IMG/VR virus record: IMGVR_UViG_3300043409_001137
Span: 1 to 42,535 of that record
Strand: one strand, 5' to 3'
DNA: 42,535 nucleotides
DNA from: a virus
Lineage: Duplodnaviria > Caudoviricetes
The notes below the pieces were generated by a model. It had not been told where the DNA came from. It searched no databases and saw nothing but the letters and a program-made list of their open reading frames with translations. Shown here piece by piece: positions 9,051-17,705 of this stretch (positions are counted from its first letter, which is position 1; each line of letters begins with the position of its first letter). The position numbers and the translations under genes are program-made.

Positions 9051-11113
9051 TGCTTCCGATAGCGGTAGGTCTCAAAGCCTTTGGCGGCCAGCGGCATGTC
9101 CGCCGCCCAGGCCGGTGGCGCCGACATCAGCTCCGACAGGTGCTCGGCGTTGAACTCGGTGCTGTCCGGTGCCTCGGCGATGATCTCGTCGTGCACCGTC
9201 AGGACGATCTTGTAGCCGGCGGCCTCGATCAGCGGCATGCTGTGCGCCAGGACGTCCCGAGCGATCGCCTGCACCAGATTCTCGAACAGCTTGCCGCCGT
9301 GCGTCTGAATGCGGGTCCACTTGCGCGTGAACTGGTCGATGCCCATGTACGTGATGGCGTTGTCCTTAATCTGCGGCGCCGGGTAGCACGCCACCCGGCC
9401 CGACGGCAGCGTGATCAGCAGCCACGTCTTCGTGACCTTGACCCGCAGGCCCAGGTCGACGTACTCAATGCCGCGCGTGCCCAGGGCCTGCTTCACCAGC
9501 GTCTGCAGGCGCTTCCAGTAGTCGGTGATGTTGGGGTGCGCGTAGCGCCAGACCCGCTTGAGCGTGTCGCAGGCCACGAACGCATCGTCGGACAGGTTGA
9601 ACAGCGATCGCTTCTCGCGCAGCGTCCACTCGAAGAACCGATCGGCCTCCTCCACCACCAGCTCAGGCGCCAGCGGCAAGACCTTGGCGGCCATCGCGTC
9701 GAGGTTGATCCCGTAGGCCCCCGCAAACGTCACGAATGCCCCCACGCCGCCCGCGTAGGCCAGGGCCAGCTCCTGTACCTTGCCGACCTGCCGCTGGTCG
9801 TCGGTGACGTCCTCCGGCCTGACACCGAACGACTTGCTGTACGCCAGCTTGTAGAGGTCGGGGCCGATGCCGGCGTCGAAGTTGCGGAACGCCTGGAGCT
9901 TCCACTCCTCGTTCGCCAGCCACGCCTGGACCCGGCCCTCAATGTTCGCCAAGTCGGAGACCACCAACTTATTTCCGGGCGACGAAATGATCGTGCCGCG
10001 GATGGCTGATGAAAGCATTTCCATCGGGTTGTCGGTAATCAGGTCCACGCACCCCATTTTGATGGCGTCAATGCCGGCATCCAGCATTGCCCCGTGAATC
10101 GTCCCCCGTGTAATATTCTGAGGCTGGAACAGCCTGCCGGCCCACCGGCCCGTGCGCGCCGCGCCGTTGAACTGCAGGGTGCCGCGCAGCCGGCCATCGG
10201 AGCTGGCGCCGTTGATGAGGGTCTGGTACTTCTTCGTGCTGGTGCTGCTGGCCTGCAGGCGGACCTCCAGCAGCTCCTTGAGCGCATCGGGCACCGCCGG
10301 GTCGGCGAGGTACTTCTCGACCGTGCCCATCTGCAGGTCGGGCATGTCGATCCCGAACTGCTCCAGGATCTGCAGACGCAGCGCCGCGCCCTGGGTGGTG
10401 CTGCGCACCGCCCCGCCGGTGATGTCTTGGGCCTGTTGCTTCAAACTGACTTGGGCCTTGGCTACCGCGTCGATCGCCGCCCGGGCCAGACCCAGGTCAA
10501 TCGCCACGCCCCGGTCGTTGATCGTCTGGTCGAGCTCCCACAACGCGCGCTCGGTCGGGGTGTTGTTCACCGACGGCATGCGCCGCATGCACTCGCGCAT
10601 CGCGACGATGTCGTTGGCCGCGTAGGCCCGGAACCGCTCCCACTCCGCCGGGTGCGTGGCCTGAGTCGCGCGCCGCAGGATCCGGTTGTCGGGCAGCGGC
10701 TTGCAGAACAGGTGGATGAGCTTCTTCCCGTCCTTGTCCTTGGCCTTGTCCGCCGGCAGGCCCAGGACCTCGCCGAGCTGCCCCAGGCTGGGCGGCAGGC
10801 CGTGGCTAAGGGCCTGGACCATGGTGTCGTGGATCCGGCTCGTGGGGATCACAACACCCATGGCGTGCCGGAGGATCGTGCGGTCGAAGTGACTGTTGTG
10901 GATGACTACCCGGACGTGGGAATCGTCGAGCGTGGCCCGCAGTTGCGCCCAACGATCGCTGTGGATCTCGTCGGGGAACTGCAGCACCTGCGGGTCGTCT
11001 TCACCAACAGCGTAGGCCAGCAGCATGACCTCCGCCTTCTCGGCGTAGGCGTGCGTACCGTGCGCAATCGGCACGGTGCAGTACGTCTCCAGGTCCAGGT
11101 AGAGGTCGATCAT
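9047..11113 (-). CDS. polA: Family A DNA polymerase with 3'-5' exonuclease
   Basis: Exo I DLET, Exo II HNSHFDR, Exo III YAANDI; polymerase motifs RTGRW, DLANIEGR (A), RQVGKVQELALAY (B), VHDEI (C). Confidence 0.95.
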   Translation of the reverse strand: MIDLYLDLETYCTVPIAHGTHAYAEKAEVMLLAYAVGEDDPQVLQFPDEIHSDRWAQLRATLDDSHVRVVIHNSHFDRTILRHAMGVVIPTSRIHDTMVQALSHGLPPSLGQLGEVLGLPADKAKDKDGKKLIHLFCKPLPDNRILRRATQATHPAEWERFRAYAANDIVAMRECMRRMPSVNNTPTERALWELDQTINDRGVAIDLGLARAAIDAVAKAQVSLKQQAQDITGGAVRSTTQGAALRLQILEQFGIDMPDLQMGTVEKYLADPAVPDALKELLEVRLQASSTSTKKYQTLINGASSDGRLRGTLQFNGAARTGRWAGRLFQPQNITRGTIHGAMLDAGIDAIKMGCVDLITDNPMEMLSSAIRGTIISSPGNKLVVSDLANIEGRVQAWLANEEWKLQAFRNFDAGIGPDLYKLAYSKSFGVRPEDVTDDQRQVGKVQELALAYAGGVGAFVTFAGAYGINLDAMAAKVLPLAPELVVEEADRFFEWTLREKRSLFNLSDDAFVACDTLKRVWRYAHPNITDYWKRLQTLVKQALGTRGIEYVDLGLRVKVTKTWLLITLPSGRVACYPAPQIKDNAITYMGIDQFTRKWTRIQTHGGKLFENLVQAIARDVLAHSMPLIEAAGYKIVLTVHDEIIAEAPDSTEFNAEHLSELMSAPPAWAADMPLAAKGFETYRYRKQ

Positions 11114-11337
11114 TTCGGCGCGCGGTTGACGTAGTAGTCGTACATGCCGCTAGACAGTCTTGTAGGCTCGTCCCAAAACACCCGGTACTTGAGCGAATCC
11201 GCAGTGTGGAACTTGTCTGGGCACGCCGTTTTAATCTCCTCAATCACCGCCGCCAACGCGGCATTGGTTTTGTTGTAGTTGGTGCTAGGAACCTTCACCG
11301 CTTCCTTGAGCATGTTTTGATAATGTTCTGTCAACAT
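11110..11337 (-). CDS. Hypothetical protein (75 aa)
   Basis: GAGG RBS; ATGA overlap with polA. Confidence 0.65.
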   Translation of the reverse strand: MLTEHYQNMLKEAVKVPSTNYNKTNAALAAVIEEIKTACPDKFHTADSLKYRVFWDEPTRLSSGMYDYYVNRAPK

Positions 11338-11347
11338 TTCGGGGTCC

Positions 11348-11854
11348 TCAGATCAGTGGGGCTTCAGACGCTGCGATGGCCGTGTTCTCGGCTTCCGATA
11401 GGCGGCCACGGCGCTTGGCGGGCGTGCCGTCCTTCTTGCGGCCCCATGGTGCCTCGGGGTCGATCACCTTTGGCACCGCCTTCTTGGCGTCGCTCCGCTT
11501 CAACTTGCTCCAATGCTTCGCGAGGGACTTCTGCGCAACCGCTCTGGTGTCTTTGGGCTGCGCCATAGCGGCATACAGCATTACGTCAACGACTTTGCCA
11601 ATTGCATTTTCGTAGGCCGTATCCCGACCAATCTCCCAGTCGTAATTTTCGGCATTCGCGCACATCGACTGGCCTGTGACGATGAACCCGCTGCGCAGGA
11701 CCAAGACGCAGAACGTCACCAGCTCTAGGCGCTTTGGCGTGTTGGGGAAACCAATCGTGGTCCGAAAATGTTGGCCGTTGTACCCATCCGCGCCGCTGAA
11801 GAACACCTTGTCCTGGATGTTGTCTTCCACGTCTTTCACAGTAATTTTGATCAT
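11348..11854 (-). CDS. N4 Gp49/Sf6 gp66-family protein with basic AT-hook-like C-terminal tail
   Basis: TFCVLVLRSGFIVTGQSMCANAENYDWEIGRDTAYENA matches the family pattern; tail APWGRKKDGTPAKRRGR. Confidence 0.75.
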   Translation of the reverse strand: MIKITVKDVEDNIQDKVFFSGADGYNGQHFRTTIGFPNTPKRLELVTFCVLVLRSGFIVTGQSMCANAENYDWEIGRDTAYENAIGKVVDVMLYAAMAQPKDTRAVAQKSLAKHWSKLKRSDAKKAVPKVIDPEAPWGRKKDGTPAKRRGRLSEAENTAIAASEAPLI

Positions 11855-11881
11855 CTCGTTTCTCCGTCTCTTGTTGAAGGT

Positions 11882-11911
11882 GGGGCGCCGCTGATCACCG
11901 CAAAGCGCCCC
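11882..11911 (-). promoter_or_regulatory. Intergenic hairpin downstream of the SSB gene
   Basis: GGGGCGC...GCGCCCC 7-bp stem; no U-tract. Confidence 0.5.
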
Positions 11912-11917
11912 GGTAAA

Positions 11918-12454
11918 TCAGACCAAGTCCTCGATCGTCAGGTCGTCGAAGTCGTCCGCGTCGGCCACGCCACCACCAACGAACGACTCGCCGTCCTTGT
12001 AGAACTGGACGCCCATCAGCGTCGCGTTGACGCGCTTGCCGTAGTTGTTGTCCTGCGTCCAGAGCTCCAACACCGCGTTGACGTAGCAGCCGGCGTAGGG
12101 GCGACCGTCCTCGGCCACCAGCGGGCTCTTGTTGGTGTCCACCACCGAAGGCTTGAGAGGGTTGCGGGCGCTGATGTACATCATCCCCTCGAACCCGTCG
12201 TAGTTGGACTTCAGGTCGCCCGAGTGCAGGCAGGTCTTGTCCGCCGCGCGGATCGTCTTCAGGATGGCGTCGGCCTTGGCGCCCCACTTCTCGGCGGCGA
12301 CCGTCGTGATGGCGGTGTTGATCATCGCGATCTGCGGGTCCTTGGGGCTGATCAGGAACGCCGCGCTGAAGGCCGGCTTGCCCTCACCGTTGACCGTTTT
12401 GGCTTCAAAAAGTTGGGGAAACGACAGGCGCACTGCGTTGAGTTTGATCTTCAT
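11918..12454 (-). CDS. DUF2815-family ssDNA-binding protein
   Basis: VRLSFPQLFE, YAGCYVN, NATLMGVQFYKDGE and an acidic C-terminal tail (DADDFDDL). Confidence 0.9.
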   Translation of the reverse strand: MKIKLNAVRLSFPQLFEAKTVNGEGKPAFSAAFLISPKDPQIAMINTAITTVAAEKWGAKADAILKTIRAADKTCLHSGDLKSNYDGFEGMMYISARNPLKPSVVDTNKSPLVAEDGRPYAGCYVNAVLELWTQDNNYGKRVNATLMGVQFYKDGESFVGGGVADADDFDDLTIEDLV

Positions 12455-13605
12455 GCTTCTTCTCCTTGGGGGGTTGGTGTTGTCACGTCATCGAAATCGG
12501 AAGCGGCTGCTGATGTGACCAGCGCAGGCCGTTTGTCTGTCTCGGGGGCCACCGACGGGCGGCCCTCGGCTTGGGTGATGAGCTCCTGGACCTTGGCCCA
12601 CTGACGCGGACCCAGGTCGCCCTGCTTGAAGACCCACTCGATGTTGGTCGGGCTCGCCAACGAGTAGTTGTACATCTGGTCGTGCTTGATGCGCATCTTC
12701 TTGAGCGCCTCCTCGGCCACCGCTGGGTCACCCCAGGCCCGATTGCCACGCTTGCCCTGCACGAGCTTGTAGCCCCGCACAGACTCACCGGCCAGCAGGC
12801 GCCGCTCGACCTCGGCCCGGACCCCCTTGACCCACGCCTCAATCAGCGGTGCGTTGGTCATCACGCGGCCCAGGTCGGCATCGTCGGCGGTCTCGGGCAC
12901 CACCACATCAAAGTCGGCCAGGACCTGCTCCCGGATCGCCGGGCACGTTGCCTTGGCCCGGCACCACTGGCACGCCTTGGGGCTGGGGTTCAGGGTCTCG
13001 TCTTTCCAGCCGATCGCCCAGGTGGCGTCCTGGACCTTGATGGCAAACATTTCGAGCTCAAGCACCGAGATCGTCCACTCAGACAGTGCGCCCAGGCGAG
13101 GCTGGTCGACAATCATGCGCACGCGCGTCGGTGAGTAGACGTGCCCGAACTCTACGTACGCCGCATGCGCATACATCATGAGCTGGGCGTTCTCCACCAC
13201 GTCCACCACCACCCCACGACCGAACTTGGCGTCGATGACGATGAACTCGTCAGGCGTCAGGATGACCGCGTCCGCCGTGCCGGTGGCGCCTTCCTCGCCG
13301 GTCATGTGCTCGATCGGCAGGCTCTGCTCGACCAGCAGGATGCCCCCGGTGGCGGCGACGATCGACCGCACGTTGTTGACGTAGGTCTGCACCGACTGCG
13401 CCTGCTCCGGCGTGAGGCTCTCGAAGTCAGCGGCGGCGTCTAGGTTGTTGTCCAGGCACTCCGAGGCAACGAGGTGCATCATCGTGCCCTCGTCGGCGGC
13501 CTTGCTCGACCTGTCCTCCAGGCCCTCGCACAGGATCACCGAGCCGGGACAGGTCATCCAGCGCGCCGCGCTGCTGGGCGAGAGTTTGGCGTGGGTGCCG
13601 GCCAT
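12451..13605 (-). CDS. DUF2800-family Cas4-like PD-(D/E)XK exonuclease
   Basis: HAKLSPSSAARWMTCPGS, GTADAV, IDAKFGRG, NAQLMMYA, CQWCRAKATC. Confidence 0.9.
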   Translation of the reverse strand: MAGTHAKLSPSSAARWMTCPGSVILCEGLEDRSSKAADEGTMMHLVASECLDNNLDAAADFESLTPEQAQSVQTYVNNVRSIVAATGGILLVEQSLPIEHMTGEEGATGTADAVILTPDEFIVIDAKFGRGVVVDVVENAQLMMYAHAAYVEFGHVYSPTRVRMIVDQPRLGALSEWTISVLELEMFAIKVQDATWAIGWKDETLNPSPKACQWCRAKATCPAIREQVLADFDVVVPETADDADLGRVMTNAPLIEAWVKGVRAEVERRLLAGESVRGYKLVQGKRGNRAWGDPAVAEEALKKMRIKHDQMYNYSLASPTNIEWVFKQGDLGPRQWAKVQELITQAEGRPSVAPETDKRPALVTSAAASDFDDVTTPTPQGEEA

Positions 13606-13868
13606 CAGTCGCCCTCCATGTAATTGTCGCGATGGTCAGCCAAAATTTCCGCGATATCGAAAACTTCTTGCGCTAGCGTATGCGGATTGGTGTGCTTCGC
13701 CACCAATGCCGGGAGCAGCGCCAACACGTACTTGTCAACCATGTCGATCTTGCTGTGCCGCTTTGCGCGCTCGTACTGGTTGTACTCTCGATGTTCAATC
13801 TGTTCGCTCAAAAACTTGAGCTGCTCTCGCAAGCTCTCAACCGTGTCCACCGGATCGCCGGTGATCAT
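13605..13868 (-). CDS. Hypothetical protein (87 aa)
   Basis: Overlap-coupled to both neighbours. Confidence 0.65.
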   Translation of the reverse strand: MITGDPVDTVESLREQLKFLSEQIEHREYNQYERAKRHSKIDMVDKYVLALLPALVAKHTNPHTLAQEVFDIAEILADHRDNYMEGD

Positions 13869-14272
13869 GCCAGCTCCGCCAGGAACGCGGCGTAGTCGCC
13901 AACCTTGAGCTCGGGACCCTTCTTGGCGCCGAACTTGCCCAGCGCCGCGATGACCTTGGTCCGGTCGACCTTGAACGAGTCAATGATGGCCTGGGCCACC
14001 TGGGCGTACTCGATGGCCGCCGGTGCGTCCACCACGACCTCGCGCGGCTGGAGCGCCGGCATGACGTACGGCACTTCAGGCGCGGCCTTCTCGTCCGGTT
14101 TGACCAACACCGGCAGCCCATCGACGCGGGCAACGATCGTGCTCACGTCGTCTTTGGTCGACTCGACGTGGTATGTCATCACGGGTGCGGCGACTGACGC
14201 TGCCGGGCGCATCGCCGCGATCAACTCGCGGATGGCGGCGGTGTTGTCCGCCAGGGCTTGTTCTAGACTCAT
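13865..14272 (-). CDS. Hypothetical replication-module protein (135 aa)
   Basis: Start ATG 14272 (MSLEQAL) with AGGAG RBS; C-terminal ALGKFGAKKGPEL...YAAFL pattern like small genes that usually precede DUF2800. Confidence 0.7.
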   Translation of the reverse strand: MSLEQALADNTAAIRELIAAMRPAASVAAPVMTYHVESTKDDVSTIVARVDGLPVLVKPDEKAAPEVPYVMPALQPREVVVDAPAAIEYAQVAQAIIDSFKVDRTKVIAALGKFGAKKGPELKVGDYAAFLAELA

Positions 14273-14401
14273 GAGGGCTCCTACATAGGACAAACGAAAT
14301 GTTGTCCAGCCCAAGTACTATAGCATTGTTGTGAGGCACCACAAGCCCCCTACAACAACTTTTTTGGGGTACCATCGGTTTTTGTACAAAGGAGCAACAC
14401 C
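14273..14401. promoter_or_regulatory. Divergent promoter region between the replication operon and cro/primase
   Basis: - strand extended -10 TGcTATAGT (14325-14317); + strand -10-like TACCAT near 14370; palindrome TTGTG-AGGCAC-CACAA; AAGGAG RBS before 14402. Confidence 0.6.
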
Positions 14402-14611
14402 ATGACCGGGATAGAGCAAGCCGTCGCCGTCGCTGGCAGCCAGCGCAACTTGGCCGAGATGCTGGGCGTCACCCAGCAGCTCGTGAGCTACTGGATCAAA
14501 CAAAAATGCGTGCCCCAGCGCCGCATCGTCGAGGTCGAGCAGATGACCGGCATCAGCCGCGACCTGCTGATCGACCCGCGCCTTGCCGAGCTGCTGTCGA
14601 AGGAGGTGTAG
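14402..14611 (+). CDS. Cro-like HTH regulator (69 aa)
   Basis: AGSQRNLAEMLGVTQQLVSYW helix-turn-helix; strong RBS. Confidence 0.85.
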   Translation: MTGIEQAVAVAGSQRNLAEMLGVTQQLVSYWIKQKCVPQRRIVEVEQMTGISRDLLIDPRLAELLSKEV

Positions 14612-14621
14612 ACTGGCCCCC

Positions 14622-14690
14622 GAACCCCGGCTAGGTGTGGCTGATCCCCATGCCGAAAGGCAAACCCGTCTCTGCCCCGCCGGTAAGTTC
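14622..14690 (+). ncRNA. Candidate structured RNA (three-way junction) in the primase leader
   Basis: Pairings CCGGC/GCCGG, GGTGTGG/CCATGCC and GGCA/TGCC, with a GAAA junction. Function unknown. Confidence 0.45.
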
Positions 14691-14731
14691 ACCATAACCC
14701 GACCGAGACGCGGCCAGAGATTGGGACAACA

Positions 14732-16792
14732 ATGACAACAGCACACCCGCCGATTGGCGAGGTCTATGAGCCGGGCAACATCCCCGGCGAGCTCAAGGCG
14801 ATGGCGCGGTGGTCGCCCTGGCGAGCGCAATGGAACGAGAAGCGAGGCAAGTGGGACAAGATTCCGGGCAACGGACGCAGCACTGCCAAGCCCGAGACGT
14901 GGCTCTCGTTCGAGGCCGCGCAGGCCGAGTTGCAGGCCAACCCGGGCGCCTTCGCGGGCCTGGGGTTCGTGGTGACAGGGCTGCCCGAGTTCACGTTCAT
15001 CGACATCGACAAGTGCATTGACGAGGCGGGTGCATTCTCAGCCCGTGCGATCGAGATCATTGCGGCGGTCGGCAGCTACACCGAGATCTCACCGAGCGGG
15101 CGGGGCCTGCGCATAGTTGCCCGGGGCGCGTCACCGACAGACTGGAACAACCACGAATTGGGTGTCGAGGTCTACGCCGGCCACGCGGCGAGGTTCCTCA
15201 CCATCACCGGCGACATCTGCGGCGACTCGTTGGGGGTCCACGCGATCACCGAGGCGACGCAGGCCGACCTGCGCAGCCGGTACGGCAAGAGCGCCGCGCC
15301 CAAGCTCACCGTCATCCCCGGGGGCGTGCCGCCGATGCCCGAGGTGTGGCCCGAGATAGTCCTGCCCGACATCAGTACGTTGGACCTGCCCGCCGACACC
15401 AGGGCCTTCCTGCTGGAGGGCCTGGACGAGGGCGACGGGTCCGCCGCGTTGCACCTTGCGGGCGTGCGCCTGTACAGCCTGGGCCTGTCCGACCAGATGG
15501 TGCTGTCGCTCCTGGCGAGCAGCTACGCGATGGACGTGGCGATGCGCCACCGCGGCGACAACGAGTTGCGCGCCCAGCAGTACCTGTGGGTCGAGCACTG
15601 CGTCAAGGCCAAGCCCAAGGCCACCGCCCACGCGGAGATCAACGCCATGTTCGACGACCTGGGGCCGCCCCCGGGTGAGAACCCCGGGGTTCTACCCCGG
15701 ATCGGAGCGGCCCCCAAGGCCGAGCGATTTCGCATCGAGACCGCGCCCGAGTTTGCCGTGAGACGGCAGTCGACGTGGCTCTGCAAGGGCGTGGTTCCCG
15801 CGGCCACCCTGGGCGTGATCTACGGGGCCAGCGGCAGCGGCAAGACTTTTGTGGCGTTCGACCTGATCGCCACCCTGACCCTTGGGCGCGACTGGCGCGG
15901 TCACCGGACCCCCAGGCCGATCGCGCCCCTGTGGATCGCCGCGGAGGGCGTCGAGGACATGCGCAAGCGTCTGGCCGGCGCCTGCCAGCACATGGGCGTT
16001 GCCCTGGCGGACCTCAACATGCGGTTCGTCGGCGACGCCCCGAACTTCCTGGAGGAGATTGACGTCAAGGCCCTGCTCGCGCAGATCAAGAAGCAAGGCA
16101 GCGGGTTCGACGTGATCATCATCGACACCCTCGCCCAAGTCATGCCCGGCGGCAACGAGAACAGCGGCGAGGATATGGGCAAGGTCCTGGGCTACTGCAA
16201 GGCCATCAGCCGGGCCACCGGCGCCATGGTCATCCTGATCCACCACAGTGGCAAGGACGAGAGCAAGGGCGCCCGTGGCTGGTCAGGGCTGCGCGCGGCG
16301 TCGGACTTCGAGATCGAGGTGCTGCGCCTGGACGACGATCGCGTTGCCACCGTCACCAAGATGAAGGGCGGCCTGGACGGCGGCGAGTACGGGTTCGAGC
16401 TCTTGACCGTTGTCGTTGGGCAGGACGCGGATGGGGATGACGAGACCACTTGCGTTGTGCATTTCACTGATGTGGGTCGGCAGGCGGTGATGGGCCAGAA
16501 GGGCAAGCCCAAGGACATCGACCCCAAGGCCGTCTGGCAGCCTCTGGTGCTTGAGGAGGCCACGACCCTGCTGGCGACCAACGCCGGGACCCTGACCCAG
16601 GCCGAGCTGGTCAGGGCGGTGTTAGCCCGGCGCCCGTTCGTGCCCGACCCGGACAGACCGGACAAGCGGGACCAGCGCGGCACCAAGATCAACGGCGCGA
16701 TCGTCGAGCTAGTGGCCGCCGGGAGGCTGTCGGTGGACGAGGGCGGCAGGGTCGAAATGCCCAACAATGAGGCAGGAATGTGGGCGGAATGA
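14732..16792 (+). CDS. Primase-polymerase (AEP, NrS-1-like) fused to RepA/AAA_25 helicase
   Basis: N-terminus GLGFV..FIDIDKC..YTEISPSGRGLRI..EVY..RFLTITG; C-terminus GASGSGKT (Walker A), IIIDTL (Walker B), IHHSGKD..RGWS. Confidence 0.9.
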   Translation: MTTAHPPIGEVYEPGNIPGELKAMARWSPWRAQWNEKRGKWDKIPGNGRSTAKPETWLSFEAAQAELQANPGAFAGLGFVVTGLPEFTFIDIDKCIDEAGAFSARAIEIIAAVGSYTEISPSGRGLRIVARGASPTDWNNHELGVEVYAGHAARFLTITGDICGDSLGVHAITEATQADLRSRYGKSAAPKLTVIPGGVPPMPEVWPEIVLPDISTLDLPADTRAFLLEGLDEGDGSAALHLAGVRLYSLGLSDQMVLSLLASSYAMDVAMRHRGDNELRAQQYLWVEHCVKAKPKATAHAEINAMFDDLGPPPGENPGVLPRIGAAPKAERFRIETAPEFAVRRQSTWLCKGVVPAATLGVIYGASGSGKTFVAFDLIATLTLGRDWRGHRTPRPIAPLWIAAEGVEDMRKRLAGACQHMGVALADLNMRFVGDAPNFLEEIDVKALLAQIKKQGSGFDVIIIDTLAQVMPGGNENSGEDMGKVLGYCKAISRATGAMVILIHHSGKDESKGARGWSGLRAASDFEIEVLRLDDDRVATVTKMKGGLDGGEYGFELLTVVVGQDADGDDETTCVVHFTDVGRQAVMGQKGKPKDIDPKAVWQPLVLEEATTLLATNAGTLTQAELVRAVLARRPFVPDPDRPDKRDQRGTKINGAIVELVAAGRLSVDEGGRVEMPNNEAGMWAE

Positions 16793-16808
16793 CCGTGCAA
16801 AATTTTAC

Positions 16809-16953
16809 TGTTCCAGATGTTCCAGACTGTTCCAGACGTGTTCCAGATGCGATCTAGAGCAAATGTGCATGCTCTACTTGTTCCAGATACCACCTGGAGC
16901 ACCCCCTGACAGGGGTGCTCTAGGTCTGGAACATAGAGCAGGGGTTCGGAACA
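16809..16953. repeat. Putative replication origin: TGTTCCAGA iterons plus long inverted repeat
   Basis: TGTTCCAGA at 16809, 16818, 16828, 16839 and 16879, inverted at 16925; hairpin GAGCACCCC/GGGGTGCTC at 16897-16920. Confidence 0.7.
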
Positions 16954-17000
16954 AACCCCCGGTGAAAAAAAAGTTGAGGAGGGGGCGTGTGGGCCACAAA

Positions 17001-17031
17001 GAACTTGTTGTATGATCTCTACATCAGCAAC
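17001..17031 (+). promoter_or_regulatory. Early promoter/leader repeat, copy 1
   Basis: -10 TATGAT at 17011-17016 followed by CTCTACATCAGCAAC. Confidence 0.7.
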
Positions 17032-17051
17032 CCACCCCGAAGGACTTGACC

Positions 17052-17351
17052 ATGAACGCAATCGCAAACACCGCCGCCAACGCCGACGAGCTTGGCTCGC
17101 TGCTCTCCCAGATCGCGGCCTTGACCGCCAAGGCCGACGCGCTCAAGGAAAGCTTCCGCGACGCCGCAACGGCGTCGGTGGACGCGCCCAAGGCGTTCGA
17201 GGGCGAGTTCTTCAAGGCCACGGTCGTTCAGGCCGACCGCACCACGGTGGCCTACGGCAAGTTGGTCAAGGACCTGGGCGTGGCTCCCGAGGTCGTGGCG
17301 AAGTACGCCACCCTGAGCGCGGTGTTCACGGTCAAGATTTCCCTCAAGTAA
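17052..17351 (+). CDS. Hypothetical early protein (99 aa)
   Basis: GAAGGA RBS then ATG 17052; phage-typical codon usage. Confidence 0.75.
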   Translation: MNAIANTAANADELGSLLSQIAALTAKADALKESFRDAATASVDAPKAFEGEFFKATVVQADRTTVAYGKLVKDLGVAPEVVAKYATLSAVFTVKISLK

Positions 17352-17356
17352 ACCCC

Positions 17357-17370
17357 GGGGCTCCGGCCCC
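17357..17370 (+). promoter_or_regulatory. Short hairpin before an RBS
   Basis: GGGGC-TCCG-GCCCC followed by CCAGGAGAA. Confidence 0.45.
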
Positions 17371-17388
17371 CCTTTCCAGGAGAACCAC

Positions 17389-17556
17389 ATGTACGCTTCC
17401 CTCTACAAGGCCCCCAAAGGCTGGCCCGCAAAGTTTCGCGTGATCGTCCACGCGACCCCGAGCATCAACGACCAGACCGGCGAGTTCCTCGCCGGCACGC
17501 TCGGCGAGGCCCGCCGCATCTGCAAGGCCCGGGGCATCAAGCCCTGGAACTTCTGA
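17389..17556 (+). CDS. Small hypothetical protein (55 aa; not in ORF track)
   Basis: AGGAG RBS; MYASLYKAPKGWPAKF...GIKPWNF; TGATG coupling to the next gene. Confidence 0.7.
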   Translation: MYASLYKAPKGWPAKFRVIVHATPSINDQTGEFLAGTLGEARRICKARGIKPWNF

Positions 17557-17705
17557 TGTACAGCCGGGACAGAAACCGGCGGCAGCACTACGTGCCCGAG
17601 CCGGAGCGGTCCTTCGTGGACGCATTCATCGGGGAGCTGATTGCCGGCTCCGTCGTGTTTGCGGTCTTTGCGGCCATCGGCGTTGCCCTGGCGTTGTTTC
17701 TATGA
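17556..17705 (+). CDS. Small membrane protein (49 aa; not in ORF track)
   Basis: MYSRDRNRRQ...LIAGSVVFAVFAAIGVALALFL; coupled at both ends. Confidence 0.7.
   Translation: MYSRDRNRRQHYVPEPERSFVDAFIGELIAGSVVFAVFAAIGVALALFL

Noticed and set aside
7286-13443. Long + strand ORFs antisense to helicase, polA and DUF2800 (e.g. 7414..8316, 9050..10009, 10094..11134)
   Set aside because: Shadow frames expected from GC3-rich coding on the opposite strand; no RBS or recognisable motifs.
12451-13605. Cas4-like nuclease as evidence of a CRISPR system
   Set aside because: It is the usual DUF2800 gene of PolA-SSB-SNF2 replication modules; no array or other cas genes are present.
14622-14690. Hammerhead ribozyme (CTGA and GAAA present)
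   Set aside because: CTGATCC lies in a hairpin loop and does not match the CUGANGA core or hammerhead topology.
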